From Candidatus Woykebacteria bacterium RBG_13_40_15 (lineage in GTDB: Bacteria > Patescibacteriota > Microgenomatia > Woykebacterales > RBG-16-39-9b), in assembly GCA_001816655.1 (NCBI GenBank), contig MHCP01000014.1:27068-91067 (forward strand): a DNA stretch of 64,000 nt. The letters run 5' to 3'. Below the pieces are notes generated by a model. It searched no databases. It was given only the letters and a program-made list of their open reading frames with translations, and was not told the DNA's origin. The translations under genes were made by a program, and so were the position numbers. How positions within the stretch are numbered: the first letter of the stretch is position 1; the number at the start of each line of letters is the position of its first letter. Shown one piece after another: positions 45,615 to 55,240 of the stretch.

Positions 45615-46070
45615 TTATTTTGGCCAACTGGAAAAAGGGTGTTTAGTAAGATTGTAATTCCGAAAACGGAGATCGTCTGTTACCTCTAATTCTACCCACA
45701 GAGGTTTTTTAAATTTATGATTTTCTTTAGGAAGTTCGACTTCTGCGAGTGCCAAACCTTTATTTGCACCTTTGTACAGATCTATTTGCCAGACAAGCCC
45801 ATCAATTTTTAAGCAAGATCGATTTTTTTCTATTTTTGCGCTTGAGAGATGTAATATTTTTCTGGCCTCGCGAAGGCAAATCTCATACTCAAATTCGTCT
45901 CTCGAAACTAACCCTGGGGTTTTTAATGTTAAAAAGCTGCGATTTCCTTCAGTTCTTACACGTATTTCTGGTTTTTCACAGAAATAACCAGTAATTAATG
46001 TTTTACCTTTAGGTAAGTGGGGGAGCTTATTTTTTTTGATCAGGAACTTTCGTTCAATTTCCCTCTTCAT
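45615..46070 (-). CDS. CYTH-domain protein (CyaB/triphosphatase-like)
   Basis: N-terminal EIERKFLI signature and acidic/basic beta-barrel pattern. Confidence 0.6.
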   Translation of the reverse strand: MKREIERKFLIKKNKLPHLPKGKTLITGYFCEKPEIRVRTEGNRSFLTLKTPGLVSRDEFEYEICLREARKILHLSSAKIEKNRSCLKIDGLVWQIDLYKGANKGLALAEVELPKENHKFKKPLWVELEVTDDLRFRNYNLTKHPFSSWPK

Positions 46071-48346
46071 TATTTTTTCGAGACAAGTTTCTTCTCGGCT
46101 TCGTAGACAATTTCTCTGGTTTTATCAATTGCGTCAGGTGAGACTGAAACAGATGAAATACCCCACTCGATTAATTTTTCAGTTAATTCTGGGTAAACTG
46201 AAGGTCCCTGCCCGCAAATTCCAGAATAAAGTTTTCTTTTGCGGCATTCCTTAATAATATGTTCTATGCTCCACAAAACAGCTTCATCGAGTTCGTTGAA
46301 TTCAGAAGAGACCTTGGCATTATCTCTATCAAGTCCAAGTAGGAGCATAGTTAGATCGTTACTTCCGATAGAAACCCCGTCAATTCCTAGATCAAGGAAC
46401 TTATCTACCAAAATTACATTGGAAGGAATTTCAGCCATCATTAGTAACTTGAAACTTGGTGATCTATGCAATCCTGCCGCCACAACGAGCTTCTTCACGG
46501 CCTCCATCTCAGAAAGGGTTCTTACAAAAGGGATCATTAACCAAAGATTTATGAATCCATATTTATTTCGAACCTGTTTTATTGCTTCAAGTTCCATCTC
46601 GAAAACTTGTGAATCAGCAAGGTAGCGATAGGCACCTCGATAACCAATTAGAGGATTTTCCTCGGTGTCTTCGTATTTTTCTCCTCCTTTTAGGTTTTTA
46701 TATTCATTACTTTTGAAGTCTGTCGTGCGGTAGATTATTGGTCGGGGGTCAAAGGCTTCGGCGAAAACTACGATGCTAGCGGCTAGCTTTTCAATAAACA
46801 CTTTTTGTTTCTTTTCCGCAATTATTTTTCTTGGGTGTGTTCCGATTTCAGCAATCATAAACTCAGCTCTAAGCAAGCCAATACCATCGACATATTTTTT
46901 AGCAACGTCCTCTGCAAGTTCTTTCTGGCCAAGATTAACAAATACCTTTGTCGCTGTTTTCATTAATTTTACTTGTTCCTCTTTTTGTTTTTCGACATAT
47001 TCAATAGTAGCTAGTTTATCGGTTGCGAGGGCACCTTTGTATACAATGCCATTAGCCCCATTTACAGTAAGGACGGAATGTTTCTGTCTTAGCATTTTAG
47101 TTGCTTTTTCGGTTCCGACAACACAAGGGATTCCAAGTTCTCTTGAAACAATTGCTGCGTGGCTGGTTCGCCCACCTTTGTCTGTTACTATTGCAGCCGA
47201 TCTTTTCATTGCCGGTACATAATCCGGATTGGTCATAGGGGCAACTAAGATATCGCCTTGTTTTATTTTTCCAAGTTCCCCGACTCCGTAGATTACTTTT
47301 GGAAAGCCGATGGCAATACCTGGAGAGGCAGGTGAACCCCTTAAAATTACTGGTAGGTTTATTTCAATATGCTCCTTTGTTTTATCGACCTCTTTTATAG
47401 TTGTCACTGGTCGTGATTGGACAATTTCGAGTTTATCATTCATTAGGGTCCACTCAATATCTTGAGGAAAACCGTAATGATCCTCGATTTTCTTGCCGAT
47501 TTTTGCGAGTTCCCTTATTTTTTCATCTGAAAGTTTTTGAATATTTCGGTATTGTTTAGCGACATCAATCTCTTTTGTTTGCCTTCCAACCTTTATTAGT
47601 TGCTTTGCTTGGTCAGACATTTGCTTTCTAATCAGTTTGAACCCATTTTTATCAACTTCGTAATGATCAGGAGTAACAATTCCCTGAACGATAAGTTCAC
47701 CTAATCCCCAAACCGATTCAATTACAATCTTTCTCTTATCATTTTTAATAGGGTCGATCGTAAACATTACTCCGGAGACTTCGGATTGGACCATTTTTTG
47801 AACAACCGCTGCAAGGCCCACCTTAAAATGATCAAAACCATTTTGCTCCCTGTAGAAAATCGCTCGCGGCTTGTAAAGGGATGCCCAACAATTTCGTACG
47901 GCCTCAAGAAGTTCTCTTTCTCCCAGCACATTTAAAAATGTTTCTTGCTGCCCTGCAAATGAGGCATTTGGTAGATCCTCTGCTGTAGCTGATGAACGGA
48001 CTGCAACCAAGCCATCCCCCCCATTAAAAAGTTTTTTGTAGCTTTTGGCAATTTCGGTTGCTAAGCTAGCTGGAATAGGCGCCTTTTTTATCACAGAGGT
48101 GATTAAATCAGAAGCCTCTGTCAAAAGATCAGTATTGTTTACATCGACTTTTTCTAAGAGTGATTTTATTTTTGGCTTCAATTTTTCTTCATCGAGAAAA
48201 TCGAAAAATGCGGAAGCGGTAACAGTAAAACCATCTGGTACTGGAAGGCCTGCGCTTTTTAATTCACCTAAATTTGCAGCCTTACCCCCGACTAGTGGAA
48301 TATCTTCCTTTCGTGTTTGCGAAAACCACAAAACATCTTTGGACAT
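46070..48346 (-). CDS. ppsA: phosphoenolpyruvate synthase (pyruvate, water dikinase)
   Basis: ATP-grasp N-terminus, phosphohistidine domain GGRTSHAAIVSRELGIPCVVG, C-terminal PEP-utilising TIM-barrel. 758 aa. Confidence 0.8.
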   Translation of the reverse strand: MSKDVLWFSQTRKEDIPLVGGKAANLGELKSAGLPVPDGFTVTASAFFDFLDEEKLKPKIKSLLEKVDVNNTDLLTEASDLITSVIKKAPIPASLATEIAKSYKKLFNGGDGLVAVRSSATAEDLPNASFAGQQETFLNVLGERELLEAVRNCWASLYKPRAIFYREQNGFDHFKVGLAAVVQKMVQSEVSGVMFTIDPIKNDKRKIVIESVWGLGELIVQGIVTPDHYEVDKNGFKLIRKQMSDQAKQLIKVGRQTKEIDVAKQYRNIQKLSDEKIRELAKIGKKIEDHYGFPQDIEWTLMNDKLEIVQSRPVTTIKEVDKTKEHIEINLPVILRGSPASPGIAIGFPKVIYGVGELGKIKQGDILVAPMTNPDYVPAMKRSAAIVTDKGGRTSHAAIVSRELGIPCVVGTEKATKMLRQKHSVLTVNGANGIVYKGALATDKLATIEYVEKQKEEQVKLMKTATKVFVNLGQKELAEDVAKKYVDGIGLLRAEFMIAEIGTHPRKIIAEKKQKVFIEKLAASIVVFAEAFDPRPIIYRTTDFKSNEYKNLKGGEKYEDTEENPLIGYRGAYRYLADSQVFEMELEAIKQVRNKYGFINLWLMIPFVRTLSEMEAVKKLVVAAGLHRSPSFKLLMMAEIPSNVILVDKFLDLGIDGVSIGSNDLTMLLLGLDRDNAKVSSEFNELDEAVLWSIEHIIKECRKRKLYSGICGQGPSVYPELTEKLIEWGISSVSVSPDAIDKTREIVYEAEKKLVSKK

Positions 48347-48384
48347 ACGCTCCTTTTAAAAATCCACTATTTATAATGTTGTAA

Positions 48385-49074
48385 TTAATCCTTTACGATT
48401 CGGTTTACTAATTTGCTTAGGATTCTTTCAGCCGGCTCTTTTCCACCCAAACCAAAAGCCAATCCGCCTGCCAAAGCAACCATCAATACAAACCCGGTAA
48501 ATAATATTCGAATCAAATCTCTTGCGACGCCAAGTTGGTTTAAAGCAGCTAAAAGAGCAAAGATAATTATTGCCCAGCGTGCTACCTCGCCAATGACTTG
48601 CGATGATTGAGTTCCGAGTCCCGTTATCGTTGCCGTCACAAAATCCCGAGCAATTTTTGCAAGAACTGCTCCGATGGATACAATTATCACTGCAACTGCT
48701 ACATTCGGGATGTAGAGCAGTAAGGATTTCAAGACATCGTTTACCGCCCCTAGACCCAGTTGATCAACGGCTGGAATCAAGAATATAAGAATAACAAACC
48801 ATCTAAGTAGCTCGCCGAGGAGGCCTGTAATGGTCAAGGACGTTTCGGCTTTTTTCAGAGCTTGCGGAATACCTGTTGATTCTAAGAGCTTCTCAAAGTT
48901 TATTGCGTTAAAAATCCTTACCAAGGCAGCGCGTAGAATAGCAGCGATCACGACGCCAATTATAAAGATAATAATGGCAATTAAAAGCTTTGGAAGTAAA
49001 TCTGCTGTAGCTACCAATGAATCACTCAGCGCCGAAGTTACACTATTTCCTAGTCCTTCTGTCATATTTTTCAC
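48385..49074 (-). CDS. membrane protein with duplicated conserved-TM-helix repeats (MscS-N-terminal-like)
   Basis: Internal repeats LLGELLRWFVILIFL... and IGEVARWAIIIFALL... Confidence 0.4.
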   Translation of the reverse strand: MKNMTEGLGNSVTSALSDSLVATADLLPKLLIAIIIFIIGVVIAAILRAALVRIFNAINFEKLLESTGIPQALKKAETSLTITGLLGELLRWFVILIFLIPAVDQLGLGAVNDVLKSLLLYIPNVAVAVIIVSIGAVLAKIARDFVTATITGLGTQSSQVIGEVARWAIIIFALLAALNQLGVARDLIRILFTGFVLMVALAGGLAFGLGGKEPAERILSKLVNRIVKD

Positions 49075-49187
49075 CTCCTTGTCGTTAAATCAAAGTATAT
49101 TAAGTTAGCCTCGTTGTGTCAATATAACAACGCGTAGGCGGCTTTTAAAAGCCGCCTACATCTAAGGTTACGACCTTAAATCAACTA

Positions 49188-49856
49188 TTATTTATTTACT
49201 CTACTAGCAAATTTCTTTAGCCAGTCGGAAGCTGTTTCTCTTCCAGCGAGACCAAAAGCCAAGAAACCGGCAGCAAGGAGGGCAATGATAACCAATCGAA
49301 TTATATCAATCGTTACTCCAAGCACCAATGCCGCTTGAAGTGCTGCGAAGATAACAGTCGCAAAGTAAGTCACATTTGCAATTAGGTTTGCTGGGTTGTT
49401 GCCGACTATTGTTCCGACGGCCATAACAATTCTGCGAACAAACCAGGCGACGACGAATCCAAAGAGCAAGAGTAATGAGGCGAGTAACACCTTGCTAATG
49501 TAACCGAACACGAGTGAGAAAGCAGTAGCGGCCCCCTCTATCTGCAGACTTGTGAAAGCCGGTATTAGGAAGACAATAATTGCTATCCATCTGACGACTT
49601 CACCAAGCATGTTTGTAAGCTCTAGTTCGTCGTCTGCCTTTACAACACCGGAATAAGCAGGAACCGATGAAAGTACGCGCTCAAGGCCCACTACCTTAGA
49701 AACTTCTTGGACGATTCTCTTCAAGATCCAACCCAATATAAGACCAATAATTATTGCTATAACTGCGGCAAGAATATTGGTAAACACGGGTAAGAAATTA
49801 TTGAAGAAAGCTCTGATCGAGTCCTGAGAAAGGTTAATATAATCTTGAAAAGTCAA
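49188..49856 (-). CDS. paralogous membrane protein with conserved-TM-helix repeats
   Basis: Same length and architecture as the 48385-49074 product, with motif LGEVVRWIAIIVFL. Tandem paralogues. Confidence 0.4.
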   Translation of the reverse strand: MTFQDYINLSQDSIRAFFNNFLPVFTNILAAVIAIIIGLILGWILKRIVQEVSKVVGLERVLSSVPAYSGVVKADDELELTNMLGEVVRWIAIIVFLIPAFTSLQIEGAATAFSLVFGYISKVLLASLLLLFGFVVAWFVRRIVMAVGTIVGNNPANLIANVTYFATVIFAALQAALVLGVTIDIIRLVIIALLAAGFLAFGLAGRETASDWLKKFASRVNK

Positions 49857-49966
49857 GTTGTTTCACCCCCCTTCAAAGTCGGTAGATTATAAGTTATTTT
49901 TCTTTTCCACGGGGGCAGTTATCAATTAACTATCAGTCTAACTAAACATTGCTCTATTGTCAAATT

Positions 49967-51070
49967 TTAACTTGCGAGTTTTTCCCAGGGGAAGCAGTCT
50001 CGTCCGAAATGACCATAGGAAGCGGTTTTCTCGTAGATGGGTTTTCTTAAATCTAACGCTGCCAATATACCGTTTACCGATAAATCCATTAGGTTCCAGG
50101 CGAAGGATTCAATTATCGAGACCTTCTTTTTCTCTGTTCCAAAGCAATTAACTGCTTTTACCAGGGGGTCTCTTTGTCCAATTACATAAGCTATTTGTAC
50201 CTCAGCCATTTCGGCTAGTTGTGCGGCAACGATGTTTTTAGCTAAAAACCTCGCTGCATACGCAGCAGAGCGATCCATCTTAGTTGGATCTTTTCCAGAA
50301 AACGCTCCACCACCAACTCGCCCGAAGGCGCCGTACGAATCAACTATTATTTTGCGACCAGTGACTCCTGTGTCAGTTGCTGGTCCTGGGGTAATCCAAA
50401 TACCCCCGCCATTAACAATTAGGTCTTCTTTAGGGGTTTTAAGACCAAACGTTTCCAATACAGGTAATACAACGAATTTCAAAAGATCTTCCTTGAGTTG
50501 AAAATTACTAATATTCTCTTCGTGGCAAGCAGCTAAAACCACCCTTTCTAATGATTTTGGTTTATTATTTTTGTATTCAAAGGTAACCTCACTTTTTCCA
50601 TCTGGCCTCAAATAGGGAATTATTTTTTTCTCTCGAACGGCATCTAATTTTTCAACGAGTTTGTGGGCAATACTTATTGGAAGGGGCATTAGTTCTGGCG
50701 TTTCACCTACCGCATAGCCAAACATCATACCTTGGTCTCCGGCGCCTCCAGTATTAACGTCGGCGGAAATTTCAGGAGATTGTTCATGAATGTAAACTTG
50801 AATATCGCTTTCTGGAGAAAATTCGAATTTCTTGTTCGTATAACCGAGGCGTTTAATTACGCCCTGGGCGATTTTTTTATAATCCAAGCTCGCTTTTGTT
50901 GTTAATTCTCCAGCAATGACCATTCGATTTTTTGTCACTAAGGTTTCCACAGCTACTCTGGAGCAGGGGTCTTGGGAGATGGCTGCATCAACAATAGCAT
51001 CAGAGATCTGGTCGCAGATTTTGTCTGGATGGCCGGCGGCGACAGATTCTGAAGTAAAGTACTTATACAC
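49967..51070 (-). CDS. metK: S-adenosylmethionine synthase
   Basis: FTSESVAAGHPDKICDQISDA..., GGGAFSGKD. GTG start with AAGGAGG RBS. Confidence 0.9.
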   Translation of the reverse strand: MYKYFTSESVAAGHPDKICDQISDAIVDAAISQDPCSRVAVETLVTKNRMVIAGELTTKASLDYKKIAQGVIKRLGYTNKKFEFSPESDIQVYIHEQSPEISADVNTGGAGDQGMMFGYAVGETPELMPLPISIAHKLVEKLDAVREKKIIPYLRPDGKSEVTFEYKNNKPKSLERVVLAACHEENISNFQLKEDLLKFVVLPVLETFGLKTPKEDLIVNGGGIWITPGPATDTGVTGRKIIVDSYGAFGRVGGGAFSGKDPTKMDRSAAYAARFLAKNIVAAQLAEMAEVQIAYVIGQRDPLVKAVNCFGTEKKKVSIIESFAWNLMDLSVNGILAALDLRKPIYEKTASYGHFGRDCFPWEKLAS

Positions 51071-51094
51071 AAAACCTCCTTTAAATTTTGATAA

Positions 51095-51230
51095 TTAAAA
51101 AACACTTCCCTCAAAGAGAAGTGCCACTAAACAGTTCCCTTTTCGGGCGCATCAATTTTGGCACCCTGCCTGTTTTAGGGTTGCCGCCCTCCGAAGCTTT
51201 ACGCGAAGGAGGGGCTCGAGATGCTTAATA
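51095..51230 (-). ncRNA. SAM (S-box-like) riboswitch candidate plus terminator in the metK leader
   Basis: Minus-strand leader contains GGAGGG..GCAACC and GGTGCCAAAATT, resembling SAM-I/IV core elements. A CACTTCTC-TTTGA-GGGAAGTG-TTTTTT terminator lies just upstream of the RBS. Confidence 0.4.
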
Positions 51231-51288
51231 ATTAGGAAAGATTATAACTTGACAGCTGCCAAGCGGTCAAGTATCATTTTCGCTTAGA

Positions 51289-53325
51289 ATGGGTACCGAT
51301 CAGGTTCTTTATTGGGTTATAGGTGCAGCTTCATTAGCAATCATTTACGCTTTAGTTCTTACCCTTAGATTACTGAGGCTTCCAACTGGCGATAGTAAAA
51401 TGCAGGAGATTGCCAAGGCAATTCAGGAAGGGGCAGGTTCTTACTTAAATCGCCAGTATTTTGTTGTTGGAATAGTTGGGGTTGTAATTTTTCTTGTTAT
51501 TTGGTTCCTTATGAAACAACCGACCACTGCGGTTGGTTTTCTAGTTGGAGCGGTCGCTTCTGCAGTTGCGGGCTACATTGGTATGAATGTTGCGGTTAGA
51601 GCAAATGTTAGAACAGCCGAGTCAGCTAAAAGAGGCTTAGCAGCCGCCTTGGGTGTTGCTTTCAGGGGTGGAGCAGTGACCGGTCTTATAGTTGTGGGTC
51701 TGGCACTTTTGTCAGTTGCTCTCTTTTATTTTTTCACACGGGATGTAAAAGCTTTGATTGGTCTTGGTTTTGGTGGAAGCTTGATTTCTGTATTTGCGAG
51801 ACTTGGAGGAGGGATTTATACAAAAGGGGCTGATGTTGGTGCTGATTTGGTTGGTAAGTTGGAGGCTGGTATTCCTGAGGACGATCCCCGAAACCCGGCA
51901 GTAATTGCAGACAATGTTGGAGATAATGTCGGTGATGACGCTGGGATGGCAGCTGATCTTTTCGAAACCTACGCTGTTACCGCAATTGCCGCAATGCTGC
52001 TTGGAAGTCTAGTTTTTCCAGGCAGTAGCAGCGCAATAATTTACCCACTTGCTATTGGCGCAGTTTCTGTCGTAGCTTCAATAATCGGAACATTTTTTGT
52101 CCGGCTTATAGGGAAAAGTATCATGGGGGCTTTATATTTAGGTTTAGCAGCTTCTGGGATACTAGCTAGTATTGGCTTTTGGTTTTTGACATCGTATATT
52201 TGGGGAGGAAACCTGTCCTCTACTCAACCATATTGGATACAAGCTGTCGAAACAAATAGGGTACTACCGTTTTTCTACTGCTCCTTAATCGGAATTTTTG
52301 TTACTTTGGGAATGGTTATTATTACCGAGTTCTATACTTCGAAAAGATTTGGTTCAGTGAAAGCAATAGCTAATGCTTCGCAGACTGGGCATGGGACAAA
52401 TGTAATTACAGGGTTGGCAGTTTCTATGAAGTCTACTCTGGCTCCAATTATTTTAATTTCCGCCGCAATAATGTTAGCGTTCAACCTGGCTAGTCTTTAC
52501 GGAATTGCTATTGCTGCTATGAGCATGCTTTCGATGACCGGGATTATTGTTGCGATTGATGCCTTTGGGCCTATTACTGATAATGCCGGTGGTATTGCTG
52601 AAATGGCAGGATTGCCAGATGATGTTAGAAAAGTAACCGACGAGTTAGATGCAGTTGGAAACACGACAAAAGCGATAACTAAAGGGTACGCAATTGCAAG
52701 CGCCGCTCTTGCAGCATTGGTGCTCTTTGCTTCATTTTCCCAAGATCTTGTAGCGGCTGGAAAAATCCATGTTATCTTCAACTTAGGAGATCCAAAAGTT
52801 TTAATAGGACTTTTTATTGGGGCAGCTCTGCCTTATTACTTTGGAGCGATGGCGATGGAGGCCGTAGGGAAGACAGCAGGCGCCGTTGTTAGTGAGGTTA
52901 GAAGGCAATTCAAGGAAATAAAGGGAATAATGGAAGGAAAAGCGAAGCCCGATTACGCAAGAGCAGTTAAGATTGTTACAGCAGCTGCGCAAAGGGAAAT
53001 GATTGTCCCAGCCTTACTCCCCGTTGTTGTCCCTATCATTGTTGGTCTTTGGCTTGGACCAGAAGCGCTCGGTGGGATGTTGGTCGGTTCAATTGTTACT
53101 GGTCTTTTTGTTGCTATTTCGATGACAACCGGCGGAGCAGCTTGGGATAATGCTAAAAAGTATATCGAAGAAGGTAACCTTGGCGGTAAAGGGAGTGAGG
53201 CCCACAAAGCCGCAGTGACTGGGGATACAGTAGGGGATCCTTATAAAGACACCGCGGGACCTGCTATAAACCCCATGATAAAAGTTATTAACATTGTTGC
53301 TCTTCTATTGGTTCCGTTTCTTTAA
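51289..53325 (+). CDS. hppA: membrane-bound H+/Na+-translocating pyrophosphatase
   Basis: [22 protein letters not shown] and a 16-TM layout. 678 aa. Confidence 0.9.
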   Translation: MGTDQVLYWVIGAASLAIIYALVLTLRLLRLPTGDSKMQEIAKAIQEGAGSYLNRQYFVVGIVGVVIFLVIWFLMKQPTTAVGFLVGAVASAVAGYIGMNVAVRANVRTAESAKRGLAAALGVAFRGGAVTGLIVVGLALLSVALFYFFTRDVKALIGLGFGGSLISVFARLGGGIYTKGADVGADLVGKLEAGIPEDDPRNPAVIADNVGDNVGDDAGMAADLFETYAVTAIAAMLLGSLVFPGSSSAIIYPLAIGAVSVVASIIGTFFVRLIGKSIMGALYLGLAASGILASIGFWFLTSYIWGGNLSSTQPYWIQAVETNRVLPFFYCSLIGIFVTLGMVIITEFYTSKRFGSVKAIANASQTGHGTNVITGLAVSMKSTLAPIILISAAIMLAFNLASLYGIAIAAMSMLSMTGIIVAIDAFGPITDNAGGIAEMAGLPDDVRKVTDELDAVGNTTKAITKGYAIASAALAALVLFASFSQDLVAAGKIHVIFNLGDPKVLIGLFIGAALPYYFGAMAMEAVGKTAGAVVSEVRRQFKEIKGIMEGKAKPDYARAVKIVTAAAQREMIVPALLPVVVPIIVGLWLGPEALGGMLVGSIVTGLFVAISMTTGGAAWDNAKKYIEEGNLGGKGSEAHKAAVTGDTVGDPYKDTAGPAINPMIKVINIVALLLVPFL

Positions 53326-53513
53326 TCTCTTCGCGGTGTCTTTGCGATAACTACACTCCATTTTAAAATCGTTGGTTTAAAATTACGTTCCATTATCTAA
53401 AAGATACAGCTGGGCCAGCGATAAACCCTATGTAGCCCACGAAGTGGTCGCAGGATTCGAGAGTACCTAAATACTTGAGTGATTAACGAATGGATTTAGT
53501 TATGGAGAATACT

Positions 53514-53576
53514 ATAAAGGTGATCAATATAGTGGCACTTCTACTCGTACCGTTTCTTTAATTTCCTCGGTAGCGT
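53514..53576 (+). repeat. degenerate duplicate of the hppA 3' end (last 15 codons, stop and ~12 nt beyond) with only synonymous changes
   Basis: 53514-53561 encodes [15 protein letters not shown], the same peptide as 53278-53325, with 8 synonymous differences. A 173-bp insert (53341-53513) separates the copies. Confidence 0.7.
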
Positions 53577-53587
53577 TTTTGGTTTAA

Positions 53588-53989
53588 TCAATTCTCTTTT
53601 AGGCTCACGTTGAAAAAACCAGGCATTCCTCTGTAGGGAATAGGTGTTATTCTTTTCGACTCTGAAATAACATAACCATATTTATTTTTTAAGCTCCATC
53701 CTTCTAGCTCTATTAAATCTCTGCTCGCAAGATGCAGTTTAACGTCCTTGTAGAACTCAGTATCGTTTTGATATCGCTTAACATCCTTCAAAAAAGCCTT
53801 TCCTACTATTAAACCAGTTGGTAGGTTTCTAAAACCAAATCTTTCAATTACCTCTGTTTTAGTATCTTTTCTCGCTGCATAAACGTAAAACCATCCTCTA
53901 AAGCTAGTGTTTTTGGTTCTCACTTCAACCTTTTTTCTACCTGAGACTAACAATTCTGCCCAAGGTTGGCTAAGCGCTAGTGCTTTCAT
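53588..53989 (-). CDS. ASCH (PUA-like) domain protein
   Basis: ALSQPWAELLVSGRKKVEVR matches the ASCH N-terminal motif. Confidence 0.55.
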   Translation of the reverse strand: MKALALSQPWAELLVSGRKKVEVRTKNTSFRGWFYVYAARKDTKTEVIERFGFRNLPTGLIVGKAFLKDVKRYQNDTEFYKDVKLHLASRDLIELEGWSLKNKYGYVISESKRITPIPYRGMPGFFNVSLKEN

Positions 53990-54002
53990 ATTAGATTCCA
54001 GC

Positions 54003-54551
54003 TTACTCGGTTGATGCACGATTTTTATTCAACCCTTCTAGTGCCAGTTCGATTGTTTGTGGAATGTTATTTTTGCCGGTATCAAGTACTAGATTAAAAA
54101 ATTTCGGGTTTTCATAGTTATCATTTGAATAGAGTTTTTTGAATTTTGCTCGAAGCTGGTGGCGTCGCTCTTCAATTTCGCGAGGGGTTTCTTTGTGGGT
54201 GTGTTGGCGGGCTAAAATTCTTTTTGTCGCCACTTCTTTGTCGCAAACAAGTAAAATCCTAAAATTGCTCGGCAAATTTCTGGCAAACCAAGCAGAATAA
54301 TGACTATCAACCACGATCTCTTTTTTTGTTTGTAGTTTTTCAAAAATTTCCTGGTCGATTTTTTTATCCACCTCGTCAGGAATTGAGGATTTGTCCCAGA
54401 GAGGGATGTTGTGGTTTTTATGATACGCTCGAAAAAAATCACCAGCAGAAAAAAATTGCCATCCGAGCTTTTCCGCAAGGCCTTTGGCTAGAGTGGACGT
54501 GCCCGTGCCAACATCTCCGGAGACTATAATGTTTTGATATTTCGTGTTCAT
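54003..54551 (-). CDS. P-loop nucleotide kinase (cytidylate-kinase-like/AAA_17)
   Basis: Walker A IIVSGDVGTGTSTLAK. 182 aa. Confidence 0.5.
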   Translation of the reverse strand: MNTKYQNIIVSGDVGTGTSTLAKGLAEKLGWQFFSAGDFFRAYHKNHNIPLWDKSSIPDEVDKKIDQEIFEKLQTKKEIVVDSHYSAWFARNLPSNFRILLVCDKEVATKRILARQHTHKETPREIEERRHQLRAKFKKLYSNDNYENPKFFNLVLDTGKNNIPQTIELALEGLNKNRASTE

Positions 54552-54682
54552 AGTTTTGGAAAATAAAATATTGGTTTACTAATTAATAATAACAGATTTA
54601 GCGGCTTATTATATGAGATTGGGTTGCTCTCCTTTCCTCCGTAGATGCAACCCCAATATAATTTGAACAGATACTCCACGGG

Positions 54683-55240
54683 CTAGCAGGAAATGGTGGG
54701 TGCTAATCGTAGTTTTCTCCCAACCCATTCAGCAAGTAGCGCGATTATCAGGCTGTGAGAAGTGCGGTGACGGCGGTCCGCATCTTCGGCCAGGACGTTA
54801 AGCACAAGGTGATCTGTATGCTCCTGCGTCCACTCTTCTCCTTTTCCAACACGAACCCGTCTCATGAGACTGAAGGCTGTGTCGAAATACTCGCCATGAC
54901 CGACATAGTACGTGCTTGTGAACCACCATCCTACGCGAGTCCATATCCGGCGCCAGCTGGGTGCTATCGTATCGCAGATCACATCGACAGTGACCAGTTC
55001 ACCCTTGAACAGGTGGTAAACGACGTAGACCGCTTTCCCATCAAAGGTTGTGTACATGGACTTTATCTGGTGATGGCAATCATGAAGCCATTCTTGGGCA
55101 GCGTATAGGATGTTGTTCACAAGCTTGGTTGTAACCACCACGTTTGGGAGTATTACCAAGAATATCCAGCGCGGCCAGTTGTGCCATGTGAAAGCATACG
55201 GACTATTGACCCTATTATCTATCATCTTAATGATGCTCAT
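54683..55240 (-). CDS. high-GC membrane-associated putative metal-dependent hydrolase (YdjM/DUF457-like?)
   Basis: His-rich motifs (HDCHH, HGEYFDT, HTDH) with hydrophobic segments. GC clearly above flanks. Confidence 0.3.
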   Translation of the reverse strand: MSIIKMIDNRVNSPYAFTWHNWPRWIFLVILPNVVVTTKLVNNILYAAQEWLHDCHHQIKSMYTTFDGKAVYVVYHLFKGELVTVDVICDTIAPSWRRIWTRVGWWFTSTYYVGHGEYFDTAFSLMRRVRVGKGEEWTQEHTDHLVLNVLAEDADRRHRTSHSLIIALLAEWVGRKLRLAPTISC

